Shown here: piece after piece, positions 38,621 through 52,244 of the stretch
Layout: each line of letters begins with the position of its first letter
Position numbering within the stretch: position 1 is the stretch's first letter
NCBI RefSeq assembly: GCF_032062105.1
Contig: NW_026930070.1
Span: 1 to 64,000, forward strand
Direction: 5' to 3'
DNA length: 64,000 nucleotides
Source: Saccostrea cucullata
Taxonomy: Eukaryota
Program-made: the position numbers and the translations under genes
Notes under the pieces: model-generated
What the model was told of the DNA's origin: nothing
What the model saw: only the letters and a program-made list of their open reading frames with translations
Database searches by the model: none

Positions 38621-39584
38621 GCTGCTATAGGAGCAGACTGATATCAAACAGTAAGGTTTGTCAGATACTTACTCCACTGGTAACAGCGGATGAGGGTGAG
38701 ATGTTATGAAGATTTACTAGAGTTTTAATATTTGAAAGAACTGCTACAGACTGGGGCTAATTAACATTCACAAGAGTTCCTTAATGCATTCTGCTAGAAC
38801 TCATGTATGCTAATTATATATACTGTGGAAATCGTTTTTAATAAAATTGAGACTGTTATTTTTGCAAAATCAATTGATGATTTAAAATTTGCATTTTATC
38901 TGTAACATTTTTTGTTTAGAATGATTGATGGACAAAGTTTTTTGGTGGGTGATTTTATAGAGATGATATTATTCCCCTGGATGTGTGGGTTGATGTTATT
39001 GTCAGGGTAAGGTTCTGTGCTATTCTAACATGGTCTGTCTGTAAAAGGTTAAAGAAGACGAATGTTCAGTAAGTTTAGGATAAGCAATACTTTTTTGAAA
39101 TCGTTCATGTGTGCATATAAGTGATGCATATATTGAAGAATGTGCGATTTAGTTAAAAGAGAGAACGATGACTCAGGACAAGGTCATAATGATGGTGGGT
39201 TTAGTTTAATTGTCTATATTAGACTTAAAGGGTGTGTCGGTTCTAGACAGGACATGGTGATTATTGAATAAGTTTTAAAAATCGAAGATTTGTTTGAATA
39301 CCTAAAACATGCTGAGAGGAAGATAGTGCTGATTAATCAAAGAGATGTGAAAGTTGATGTTCTTTAGAAAAAAGTAATTCCGCATAGTGTACATTAAAAA
39401 AATTATAAAAATAAGAACATATGTCCTGACATTATACGCAATGTTTTACCTACCCTCTCTTTCAAAGGTGTCTTCAAATTTTGATTTGCTATTATTTACA
39501 AGTATTAAAACTTGCTTCAGAAAAAGGTCGGTCTTTATTCAGTATATGTTGTTGTATATTATATAGAACGATTTAACCCTTTCT

Positions 39585-39879
39585 TTGGACTTTCAGTACG
39601 GCGTGACTTTCTCGGCGCTACGTAATGGCGAATACCAGTAGATTTTTATTGGTTACGAAATTAATAACATCAGGAACTTAAAATTGTTGTTGATAACGAT
39701 AAGACGACTTATGCCCCACCTCTGTACCGTGAGAGAACTTTTAATTGGCTATTTACTTTATCAGTTGACATCTGTCGCATTTCTATCATATGCATATTGC
39801 AACAGTGAAGAGACGCTGTGTAAATTTCAGAAAGCTAATTAGGTAACATCGAGAATGCCACGCCTTATTGAAAGTCCAA
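39585..39879. mobile_element. ~300-bp MITE inserted downstream of copy B
   Basis: ~30-bp TIR TTGGACTTTCAGTACGGCGTGACTTTCTCG / CGAGAATGCCACGCCTTATTGAAAGTCCAA; absent at the paralogous site ~25900. Confidence 0.7.
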
Positions 39880-40631
39880 GCTAGGCGTGTAATGTTCCTA
39901 AATTGTCCAATTCACCATGCAAAAAAAAACAAGTTAGTGCATCCACTCTCATTTTGAATCATTCTGCAAAGTTGGGACAGTTTTAGTCACAAATGGCATT
40001 GAGTGGAAACTGCCATTCTCTACAAATAATTAAATTTTACCTGTTCATCCTTGACATAAAGAGAAGGATCCATTTTTTGATTCCATACTTCAATATTTTA
40101 TATTATGGCTGTAATGCATCAATTGTTTGGTTGAAAAGAAGTGTGTATCATGAGTTGCTGCAATATTGTGTGAATGCTCAATTATTCTTTAATCTTTATC
40201 ATTACTTTTTCGTTGTCCTCAATTGTCTCTCATGGTTTTTCTTTTCAGGTATTGTTCATTTATTTGTAAATGTGATGCATAATATAATATTACATTTGTT
40301 TACAATTAAAACGAAAACATCTTTGAAATAGAAAAAGAAGAATTTTTGAAAAAATATTTAAAAGAGTTAGAATATATGTTATTATATATAAATTTTTTTA
40401 ATTAATCACATAATAAAAACAAATACAGAGATTCTTATCATTCATTTTACTTTAAGTTACATATACAGAAGTTTTTGAGTATTAATTTTCAATATATTGC
40501 AAAGTTTTTTGATGGAACCTGAACGTTACATTGTACATATTCAGACATATACTTCGATCATCTAGTTTTTTTTTTCGATTTTTGTGAAATTTTTTTTTAC
40601 AAAGTTTTATATATAACTGTTTATATATACT

Positions 40632-40860
40632 TCATAATATGTAATACATGAACTGTAAACGTATTATATGCAGCATGTGCGATATTTGGCGAAAATTGAA
40701 TTTGGGACAAGTTGGTGTTGATTTGATTTAGCTCATGTCCTAATGTTCTTATTTAAATATAATTACTAGACATTAAGCAAGTGTACTTGAATAAGCGAGA
40801 GTTTCTTACAACCAAATGTGCTGGAAAGTATTCAAAGCTTAATGTAATAAGTTTACAGTA
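40632..40860. mobile_element. ACTGTAAAC...GTTTACAGT MITE
   Basis: Short TIR; absent at the paralogous site ~26635. Confidence 0.6.
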
Positions 40861-42344
40861 TGTTGTTCAATTCTGTTGTCACAGTTTTCAATGTATATTT
40901 TGTATATCAAATCAGTGGACATTTGTAATCGATTAAAGAAATGTTCAGTTTCATGTGTTATCAATTAATCTGTTCCTTAAATGATTTTTTTCTCATCATT
41001 ATGTTAATAAAAAAAACTTACTGTAATGTTTAGCTTTTTTTAATTTTTATAGCTCTAATAATCGAAGAGCTTATGCGATATTAAGGGGTAAGTCGTCAGT
41101 TGTCCGTCCAGTTGTCTGTCTGTGCAACAATACATAGAAATTTCTTTGAAATATTTTCAAAATGCCACTCCTCTCACAGTTTTGCTCTGATTTCAAGATA
41201 ATTGGCACACAAGTAGAATAGACTAAGATACTTAATTCTATTATCGGTTTTTGATTTCGATGAGAACGGTGTTGCCATGGTTACTAGAAATATACATTTT
41301 TTGAAATATTTTCAAATGATACTCCTACAGTTTTTGTTTAATTGTAGTAAATATTTGCCTAGAAAAGACTAAACCAATGATATTTTTTTAAGTCTGAGGT
41401 TTTGCTTCTAGTTCAAATGCTACTTTTATTGCAGCCCTGGATGCACTAACTTGTTGTTTTTTTTTTTTTGCATGGTGAGTTGGACAATTTAGGACCATTA
41501 CACGCTTAGCTAGAGGACCGGGCTGCTCTATATATATTAAGTTTAAGTGTTGGTGTATGGTGATTGGGGTGGGAGAAGTATTCAGAATGAAAAGTTTTCT
41601 AAACATTGAAAGAGTGTTAATCAAAATGTCCTTTCCTTTTCTAAATTACGAGATACATAACATATATACTTCGATAAAGTGAATCTGTAAAAATAAATAG
41701 GCTTCACATATTTAATATATAAAGTTGTTGATCATTACAATCGAAAAAAAAAACGACGGATCCTTTTTTGTAGAACTATAGAATTTTACTTCTCGCATAA
41801 AAACGTTCTGTGCATAGTTCATCTTTTATATTCTAAAATTAAAAATGAATACATTTTTAATACACGTGATGCATGTGTCTAACTTCAGTTTATATTTAAT
41901 GCAGCGAAAATTCACATGAGGTTTTGATCAAGTTTTAAATAGTATTGTTTTTGTTCGATTTCTATCCGACTGTAAGTTTTCAAAATATTCGCAACTTTCG
42001 TCGCCATTAATTAGGCGCATGCCTTTTCACACACATCAAAGCGGTTTGATGATCAAGATCCATTTCCATTGTTCACCTTATATATTTCCCGGGCACCAAT
42101 TGATGGTTACATCAATGTTTACTTGTCATCAATGTTTACTTGTCATCAATGTTTTACTTGTCTTCCTTTGTTATAACAATAAACCAGTAGAGCGACCGTC
42201 CTGTCAGAGATTTCTGGTCTTTTTTTTTAGCCTCAGGCTTTGAATAAACATCGAATATGGCTTTCAAACTGTTTAATTTCAAAATATTTACTATGCCTAG
42301 ATATCCATCCATCCAATCCTCCATCTTATCCATGTTCTTCTTAA

Positions 42345-43861
42345 GGTTATACTCAACGTAGTTTGAACCTTTTTAGATTCTTCCTTGGAGTTGAAGAGTT
42401 CCACTAAATGAAGGACCTGTGTGCAATATTTTTGATCTCTATATTTGTACAGAAGCCCGTTGAGGCCAGGTCAGAGAAAGAAATATTTTTTATTGCGTTT
42501 AATCGCAATAATTATTGTGTTTAAACGCAAAACATTGCGTTAAATCGCAATAATAATTGCGTTTAAACGCAAAATATTGCGATTTATCTCAATAATCATT
42601 GCGTTTAAACGCAAAGCATTTTGCATTTAATTGCAAAGGATTGCGTTTAAACGCAATGTTTTGCGTTTATTCGCAATAATTATTGCGATTAATTGCAATA
42701 ATTTTTTTTGGCGTTTAGTCGCATTAATATTGCGTTTAATTGCAATTACATTGCGATTAAACGCAATAATATTGCGATTAAACGCAATAATTTTTTGCAT
42801 TTAAATGCAATAATCTTTGTATTTAAAAGCAATCATTTCTATTGATCTTTGAAGAATGCAGTGGCCCCATACTGATATGTAGTAACCTTTGAGGAGAATT
42901 GTGTATTGTTAAGCCTTAGAAAGAAACAATTTCAAGCTTCAGCATGTAAAGATATCTATATTCCTGTTAAAGTTTTGCTCAATTGCTTACAAACACGGAT
43001 GACATTTCCTATATTGTTTTCTCTACTTTTAAACTTTAATAAAGCTACGTAAACTATTTCATAGAATTTTCGAAATAAAAGACCCGAAAAGAAATAATGA
43101 TTGAAAAACTATAACTCCACGTTGCGGTCACAAAGTTTAAACCCTTTACCTGTATAAAGGGCTTAAGGAAACAACTGATTAAATGTTTAGACTTATGTAT
43201 AATTATGTACATAAACATATTATGTATTTATGTATATTTACAGCCTTTCTTTTGATCGCGTGCAAATATGTAAACACAAGAATACGAGAACTTATGAGAT
43301 GGAATCATTTGAAATAAAATATAAATCAAATGAAAACAAATTAGCCAATGTGTTCTTCCAAATTGATATGTCTAATATTTATGATACCACTGAAGCATCC
43401 TTCATTAGCTGTGGTATTTAAGGAATTGATTTATGGCTGCGCACAAAGTGTTGGGCTGTAATAGCTTTGAAAAACTTGGTTGTTAGGAGACCATTTTCAA
43501 AAAGACACAAAACCAAACGGCTAAGTGTACTTATTATAATCTTTGCATCTAAACACCAAAAATTTTTGCGATTAAACGCAAAAAATTATTGCAATTAAAG
43601 CAATATTATTGCGATTAAACGCAAAACTTATTGCGTTAAATCGCAAAGGCATTGCGTTTAAACGCAAAAGATGCGTTTATACGCAAAAGATTGCGATTAA
43701 ACGCAAAGTACTTTGCGTTTAAACGCAATGATTATTGCGATTAATCGCAATGTTTTGCGTTTAAAAACGCATGCTGATTTTTTGTCTAAGATCATAAATG
43801 ATGTTTTGAATCTAGAATATCCTGGAAAATCATCAGTAAATAAGGTACGTTGCATATGTCC
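42345..43861. mobile_element. TTAA-TSD element (Kolobok-like) containing two inverted arrays of TTGCGTTTAAACGCAA palindromes
   Basis: TTAA|GGTTATACTCAACGTA ... TACGTTGCATATGTCC|TTAA; empty paralogous site at ~27381; arrays at 42490-42835 and 43560-43770. Confidence 0.7.
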
Positions 43862-45590
43862 TTAACCCTGCAACCATAGTCCTTCTGAACACGTCATTTC
43901 AATATTCAATCACTTATTTGAAAAGGGCCTAAATTAGGGAACCTTGATCTTTCAATTGATGTTATATTTTTTTCAAATATGTATTATAAATTCTATTGAA
44001 AATTACGCCAGACAACGGGCAAAACATATAAAGCATATAAAGACCTTGCCTTCCACTGCAACATGGCGTGACGCTGGGATTTGTTGCTTAGGAATGACTC
44101 TATCCACGAAAAGTTGCGCCGCAGATTCTAAAGTGTTTTTTTAAAACAGATATTGCTGTACTGGACATTAAAAGTATTAGATACCATGTCCATTCGTACC
44201 AAGATGCTGTCAAAAATATGTGTGAAATTATAGCTAATTGTTTTTAACAATTAACCTTCTTAAAAGTATATGGTAGGTGTTTTTATAAACGCAATAGAGT
44301 TACTTCTCTTTGCTCACAAACTGTTTCGTATTATGAAGGTCAAGGATTCCAGCACCACTACACAAAGACGGTCCCTTCTTAATCAAGCCAGGTATGGCTT
44401 TGAGCAGTACATTTTATAGATATAGCATACTCTTACTGGGGGATTGTAAAATTAATAAGATGTAGTAAAAGGGTTAACCAAAAAAAAATTGTAAGAACAA
44501 TTTGAACCCCCATTTCATTAGTTAGGTTCCTCGATCTCTGCCCCCTCCTCCCACCCACCCACACACACCCTTTCCAACCCTACTTGTACGTGTTTCCATT
44601 TTACGGTATTCTAATCTTCATGTAATTATTTTTGGGAATATTGCATAGAGTTTTGCAAAGAATCGATTCCAAATAAAGCAATGAATGGTCCCCGCAAATA
44701 CTCGGGGAATCCGTCATTATTAACGATCAAAATATAAATCAAAGACAGGCCTTGAGACCTACGAGTAACTATAGCAGACATATTCCGATAACGTTATCAA
44801 ATAGACGTGGAATTACGAAAGGGACTCTAAGTTTGCTTCCAAGTCTTATATTATATTTCTTTTTCTTAATATGAGTAATCCATTTTGTTAAAAAAATATT
44901 TTTAAAAGTGACGCATTTTAACGAATTCAAACATGATATAGAATGTCCCGTCCTATGCACACACGGCAAGGGTAAGTTCCTATGTGAACGTGTTTCATAA
45001 ATAATTATTTCAAAAGAGGGTAAGAAAGATTTTTGTCTTTTAAATTAAATAGTATTAAGGTAAGATAAAATTCTACTACCGACACACGTGTTGTCTGTAG
45101 TCCTGGCGGAACCAAAACGACACCTAAATCTGTTAGAAAAAGCGGGAGCAACAAACTAAAAAGTCTCGCTTCACTCTGTCGCCAGAGCTAACTTATCAGG
45201 CTTCCTTTCGACCATCTACTCGCCAGAGACTGATGGTTTTTTTACTAAACATTTGTATTGTTACACCTGAGCATAGTAAAGAACACAGCCATACTAAACA
45301 TATACATGTATTATGATACACAGAATTAGCAAACAGTATATGTAAGACACCAGAACCAGCACAGACGTATCTATTAGATTTCTTTCATTACGATATTCAA
45401 TGCAAAAAAAAGAAGAAAAGAAATAGAATTTCTATGAAGAGATAAATATCAAACGATTCGAATAAAAGGTATGATATCATAGTGGTCAGAATATATTTTG
45501 AGTTCTATTGAAAAGAATGGCAATGTCGCACAAAATATGCCGGCTTCAATTGGAAAACAAGGCAACACCGGTACCGGTCAGAATATAAGA

Positions 45591-45903
45591 TTGATTGTCT
45601 GTTGATTTACGTCCCATTCGAGATTTTTTCACTCATATAGAGACGTCACCATATACCGGCGAAGGGCTTCTAATTTTGACATTTACTCGGCACTCGGGGC
45701 CATTGAGCAGTGAGGAATCTTTATATCGTGCCAACACCTGCAGCTGACACGGGGCCTCGGTTTTTAAGGTCTCATCCGAAGGACGCGCAACTTTCACTTC
45801 AAAGTGCCGAGTGCATGGCGAAGTAGCAGTTGCAACTGATTTTTGAGATACGAACTCACGACCTACCGATCACGAAGCGAGCTCTCTACAAACTGAGCTA
45901 CCG
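45591..45903 (-). mobile_element. tRNA-derived SINE
   Basis: Minus-strand head CGGTAGCTCAGTTTGTAGAG (A box) ... GAGTTCGTATC (B box); tail ACAATCAA. Confidence 0.8.
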
Positions 45904-45909
45904 TAAACG

Positions 45910-48072
45910 GTCGTCAGATTATAAGAAAGACAATATGTCGCACCGGTCAAAATATAAAAAGGCAATATATCTTACGGGTCAGAATATGAGAAGGTCAATA
46001 TGTCCTACTGGTCATAATATATGAAGGCAATGTGTTGTACCGGTCATAATATAAGAAGAGCAATATGTCCTACCGGTCATAATATAAGAAGAGCAATATG
46101 TCGCACCGGTCATAATATAAGAAGAGCAATATGTCCTACTGGTCATAATGTATGAAGGCAATGTGTCGTACCGGTCATAATATAAGAAGAGCAATATGTC
46201 CTACCGGTCATAATATAAGAAGAGCAATATGTCCTACTGGTCATAATATATGAAGGCAATGTGTCGTACCGGTCATAATATAAGAAGAGCAATATGTCCT
46301 ACTGGTCATAATATATGAAGGCAATGTGTCGTACCGGTCATAATATAAAAAGCGCAATATATCCTACTGGTAATAATATATGAAGGCAATGTGTCGTACC
46401 GGTCATAATATGAGAAGAGCAATATGTCCTACCGGTCATAATATAAGAAGAGCAATATGTCCTACCGGTCATAATATAAGAATAGCAATATGTCTTACCG
46501 GTCTGAATATGAGAAGGGCAATATGTCCTACTGGTCATAATATATGAAGGCAATGTGTTGTACCGGTCATAATATAAGAAGAGCAATATGTCCTAGAGGT
46601 CATAATATAAGAAGAGCAATATGTCGCACCGGTTATAATATAAGAAGAGCAATATGTCCTACTGGTCATAATGTATGAAGGCAATGTGTCGTACCGGTCA
46701 TAATATAAGAAGAGCAATATGTCCTACCGGTCATAATATAAGAAGAGCAATATGTCCTACCGGTCATAATATAAAAAGAGCAATATGTCCTACTGGTAAT
46801 AATATATGAAGGCAATGTGTCGTACCGGTCATAATATAAGAAGTGCAATATGTCCTACTGGTCATAATATATGAAGGCAATGTGTCGTACCGGTCATAAT
46901 ATAAAAAGCGCAATATGTCCTACTGGTAATAATATATGAAGGCAATGTGTCGTACCGGTCATAATATGAGAAGAGCAATATGTCCTACCGGTCATAATAT
47001 AAGAAGAGCAATATGTCCTACCGGTCATAATATAAGAATAGCAATATGTCTTACCGGTCAGAATATGAGAAGGGCAATATGTCCTACTGGTCATAATATA
47101 TGAAGGCAATGTGTCGTGCCGGTCATGATATAAGAAGAGCAATATGTCCTACCGGTCATAATATAAGAAGAGCAATATGTCCTACTGGTCATAATATATG
47201 AAGGCAATATGTCGTACCGGTCATAATATAAGAAGAGCAATATGTCCTACTGGTCATAATATAAAAAGAGTAATATGTCCTACCGGTCATAATATAAGAA
47301 GAGCAATATGTCCTACCGGTCATAATATAAAAAGAGCAATATGTCCTACTGGTAATAATATATGAAGGCAATGTGTCGTACCGGTCATAATATAAGAAGA
47401 GCAATATGTCCTACTGGTCATAATATATGAAGGCAATGTGTCGTACCGGTCATAATATAAAAAGCGCAATATGTCCTACTGGTAATTATATATGAAGGCA
47501 ATGTGTCGTACCGGTCATAATATGAGAAGAGCAATATGTCCTACCGGTCATAATATAAGAAGAGCAATATGTCCTACCGGTCATAATATAAGAATAGCAA
47601 TATGTCTTACCGGTCAGAATATGAGAAGGGCAATATGTCCTACTGGTCATAATATATGAAGGCAATGTGTCGTGCCGGTCATGATATAAGAAGAGCAATA
47701 TGTCCTACCGGTCATAATATAAGAAGAGCAATATGTCCTACTGGTCATAATATATGAAGGCAATATGTCGTACCGGTCATAATATAAGAAGAGCAATATG
47801 TCCTACTGGTCATAATATAAAAAGAGTAATATGTCCTACCGGTCATAATATAAGAAGAGCAATATGTCCTACCGGTCATAATATAAGAAGAGCAATATGT
47901 CCTACTGCTCATAATATATGAAGGCAATATGCCCTACTGCTCATAATATGAAGGCAATATGCCCTACTGCTTATAATATATGAAGGCAATATGCCCTACT
48001 GCTCATAATATATGAAGGCAATATGCCCTACTGCTCATAATATAGGAAGGCAATATGTCCTACTGGTCAGAA
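45910..48072. repeat. 32/33-bp minisatellite (~65 units) with a 556-bp higher-order repeat
   Basis: GGTCATAATATAAGAAGAGCAATATGTCCTACC (33 bp) and GGTCATAATATATGAAGGCAATGTGTCGTACC (32 bp); equivalent antisense ORFs start at 46586, 47142 and 47698. Confidence 0.95.
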
Positions 48073-48132
48073 TCAGTTGTGAAGGATGAACACTACAATT
48101 CTGAATGTTTGCTTAAATCCTTTATGCATATA

Positions 48133-48979
48133 CACTTAACAAAACTTCTAAGTGATATCAAAAAATGTCTTTATTTAAAAACTACTATATGGAATGGTAT
48201 AATATCTTTAAATTATTACAAAAAATGAGTCTTTTCAACAATTGTAATAGGAAAATTCAATATCACCGATGAAAACCAATGTTCCGTGACGAAGCTTAAA
48301 AACAATAAATCTGTACTTTGCGGCACGTAGTTCTTTTTTAATAAGCATCTTTTTGTGATCATTATCAAATTTTAAAAACTGTTTTCACTAAGAAAAACAC
48401 AAAACATTGGCAAAATTATTAAAAAAAATCGGTGATCGTGGCAGTCTTTTATCAGCTCAAGCAGTCTGAATTATCCTTAAAGCAGCGCATTTACGTGCTA
48501 AACACCCCAGGAAATTGACCAAAAGGCATTTGTGTGACGATACACTGTCAAATTCCCGGATCTGAATCCCATTGAACACATTTGGGATTTTCAAAGAAAT
48601 GTCAAAGCCCCCCCCCCCCTTTTTTTTCCTCACAATAACAATTGTTTGGAAAGATATATGCAGTACATGTAGGTTTGGCAGAAGATGGGTCAATTTCTTA
48701 TTCAGGGGTACATGGTATCCAACAATAAAGATTGTCTTGTAGTAATTAGAGCGAGTAGGTGTTACTCAATCGACATTTTTTGTATGAATTTTCATTTTGA
48801 GGGTACATCATTTCTTGAGACTTTGTTTAACATTCTGACGAGATACTTACATGAAATTTACGAAAAATCGATTTTAAATCTGCATCATTAATCGAGAATT
48901 AAAGAAATTATTTATTGTTTGCATTTATTCTTTAAAACTTCAAAAATGTTAGGTGAACACTTAGAAGTTTGGTTCAGTG
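48133..48979 (+). mobile_element. Internally deleted Tc1-like transposon
   Basis: TA|CACTTAACAAAACTTCTAAGTG ... CACTTAGAAGTTTGGTTCAGTG|TA; remnant PDLNPIEHIW at ~48556-48585. Confidence 0.78.
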
Positions 48980-51292
48980 TACATGTACATATACAAGTTG
49001 ATTGTATTGAATAAGTGTTGCAGATTATTGAGGGACACAATTATCATTAATGAGATCTTAACGATTGGAAAGGTAAATTGTAAATCACTGTAGGGAAGCG
49101 GTTTTAGTGGATATTATTACATGTTCGTTTGTTTTTACTTGGATTTTTACATAATAGATTGATTTTTATATCAGACAATGTTTTTTATTGAGCAAGAGCA
49201 ATATACAGTATATGTTTACAAAACTTTTCTAAAACGATCCTTGAAATCACAAGATCGAACAGGTTTAAGCGATAGTTTGTCAGATTACTTTCACTTTTGG
49301 TAATGAAAAATAATTACATCTTTAGGATGCGAGTACTTTGATAATTTTAATTTTTTCCGAGTAGACGAAGTGAATCCCGGCACACAAAAATGATAAATCG
49401 GTATGTTAGCAATTGTGATTTACACAACATATCCAATGTAAACTGTCCCTTCTTCCAGTTTACAAGGAGGGAAACCCACTCCGCGACGAAAGAGCGCATC
49501 AAGGGAAGTAATCGCAAAACTTGCGTATTTGACCAAGCTGCTTTTAATTTTTTAATTGACGTTTAAAAAAGATTGGTACAAAATAGTCAACTTACACCTT
49601 TCTAAACTTGATTTCCTAAATGGTCTGATTTAAAAAAAACATGCCAATTTAGAACACCCGTGTCCCCCACTTAAGAAAAAAAAGCATGCAAAGCATCTAG
49701 GGAGAAGGGCACTTTTAGAGAGGCAGGAAGGGTCATAAGAAGGTATCAATTTTAATTGCAAAATCGCAAAGGTTTCTGGAGATATAGCCTGAAAATGAAC
49801 GTATTAAACACACACACACACATAAAGTATGAAATAACGACCTTGATTCTTTACCTCAAAATGAAAAAGGGTCTTTCTTACGCCATAGGTTGTTGTGGTT
49901 TAAAAAAAGACCATGCAAAAGCTCAAAGGCTTCTCGACATACTGCACGGTAAAAAGTGTTGAAATAGAAATTTTTAAATTATGACCTTGATCTTTGACCT
50001 CAAAATCAATAGCAATCTTCTTAAGGCCCTCGGAAGTTGTTGTGTAAAATTTCACTTCTCGAGATATCGCGTGGAAATGAAATGTTACAGACTGAAATAC
50101 TGACAGACGGGCGGACGGACAGAAGGACCGAAATTAATACCCCCCCCCCCCCTACTTTTAGCTTTAATAGTTAGTGTTAGGTAGAATTTACTGATTATCA
50201 TGGTGTTCAATAGGAATTTCCTGATTTACGTTGAACTGATTCTACTGAAAATAAACTAACAGGAGTGATTTAATGAGAACCAACTCTAGAATTTAAAGCG
50301 TATTTGATGTTCTTCGAATTATATCAACAAATAAGGAGAGTAGCGTATTAGACACCTTTGGCTAACGAATGACTCTGTGAGCAAATATAACCTATCACTT
50401 GATCGTATTTTGGCTGTTTTGTTTCATACCATTTGTTAGGCATTCGTTTTTATACTGAAATAAACTACGGAATGTTCCGTTTACCTGATCAATAGATACC
50501 AGTAAACCTCACATAGTGTGTGACAGGTCAACAGGGGATGCTTACTCCTGCTTGGCACCTGAAATTCCCAAGGTCCGTGTTTATGCCCTCTTTATAGTTT
50601 TGCTTATAATTTTTGAGATCATTCTCTGCTCATTATCTTCACGTAAACATTGTTTTAATTGACTTGTTAATCTTCTAATTTTCTGGTATCCCGACAGAGA
50701 TTGCTGTACTAGACACTCAAAGAATCAGAAACCATGTCGAATTATATTCGTATTAAGATGTTGTCAAAGATATATTTACATATCCATGTGTTTTCCTTAA
50801 AATTCTTTACAAATTAAAAGACTGCCCATATTGACGGTCGATATCTTTCGGGTAGACTAATATTCAATTATCGACTGTTCGTCTATATAGGGTTATATAG
50901 TGAAAATATCTTACTGGGTATATCAATACGATTTAGAACATGTAGTTTATTTATAATTCTTTTTTTAATAATAAGCATTTAACTTGATATTGATTGCATA
51001 ATCTAAACTAAACGTGACACTGAATACATTCTTAGGTACAGCGATTTATATCAATTTATAACTTGCTAGTTAATGTATCCGATGATGGTTGATAGTTAGC
51101 ATCTGGCAATATGATTGCTATATTTTTTCGCTGAAACGGTGTTCATGTCCCTTTAAGTATTTAATAATAATGTTAGACCTTGAATCTTTATTTCAGATAT
51201 CAAACCAAACGTGTAACCCAGAAAGAAAAAAACAATTAAGCAGATTGTTTTTATGCTTCCGCATCGAAAGATCCGAGTCGTATGTTGTTTTT

Positions 51293-52030
51293 TATACGCC
51301 TGGATCGAAAGATCCGAGGAGTATACTGTTTTTGTCCTATCTATCTGTCTGTCAGTCTGTCTAGCTGTTTGTCTGTTTATCTGTTAGTCTGTTTGTCTGC
51401 AAACTTTAACTTTCGTCATAACTTTTGAACCATGAATAGTTGAGACTTCACATTTAATATTCATACTCCACTTATTAAGCTCTTTCAAATGACATCAAGG
51501 TCAATGACCTTGTTACCTTGACTGTGTCTTTTATGCAAAAAATAATTTTTTTCTGAAAACTTTAACTTCTTCATAACTTTTGAACTATGAAAGATAGGGA
51601 CTTCATATTTGTTGTGCATATACCACTGAATATTATCTTTTAAATGACATCATGATGAATGACCTCATGACCTTGAATGTGACCTATGTGCTAAATATAG
51701 TTTTTGTGTCGGCAAACTTTAAACTTCACCATAACTTTTGAACGAAAAAGATAGACTTGATATTTGACATGTATACTCCACTAAATAAGCGCTTCCACAT
51801 GACACTAAGGTCAATGACCTTGTGACGTTGATAATGTCCCATATGCTAAAGATAATTTTTTACCTTTGCCATAACTTTTGAACCATGAGAGATAGAAACT
51901 TCATATTTTGGTATGCATACTTCACTAATCGAGTTCTTTTAAATGACACCAAGATCAATGACCCTGTGACCTTGACTATGACCTATCAGCTAAAAATATG
52001 TCTTTTTTATTTTGTTGCCACCGGGCGCAC
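51293..52030 (+). mobile_element. Helentron/HINE-like satellite array (truncated paralog at 30083-30315)
   Basis: GTCT microsatellite followed by ~5 units containing CATAACTTTTGAAC and AAGGTCAATGACCTTG. Confidence 0.7.
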
Positions 52031-52244
52031 TTATCAGAAATTTACAAAACACAAGAGAACAGTTTCAGCTATCCTCTTTAATTCATGTAATGAAAACTAT
52101 GTAGTCAAACACCTTTAGCCTGGTTAGAAAATTAACAGCAAGGAAACAGATGAAGGTTCCTCAACATGGTTTATATAGGAAAAATCCAGGTTTTTTAATA
52201 TATATTATAAGAATGAGTAAGATAAGAATGCCAGACACCCTTTA

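Noticed and set aside
45845-45903. tRNA gene
   Set aside because: The tRNA-like head continues into a SINE body and tail; no complete cloverleaf
45910-48072. CRISPR-like array, or genes from the antisense ORFs (YIMTGRTYCSS repeats)
   Set aside because: Units are head-to-tail with no unique spacers and no cas genes; the ORFs are by-products of the 33-bp period
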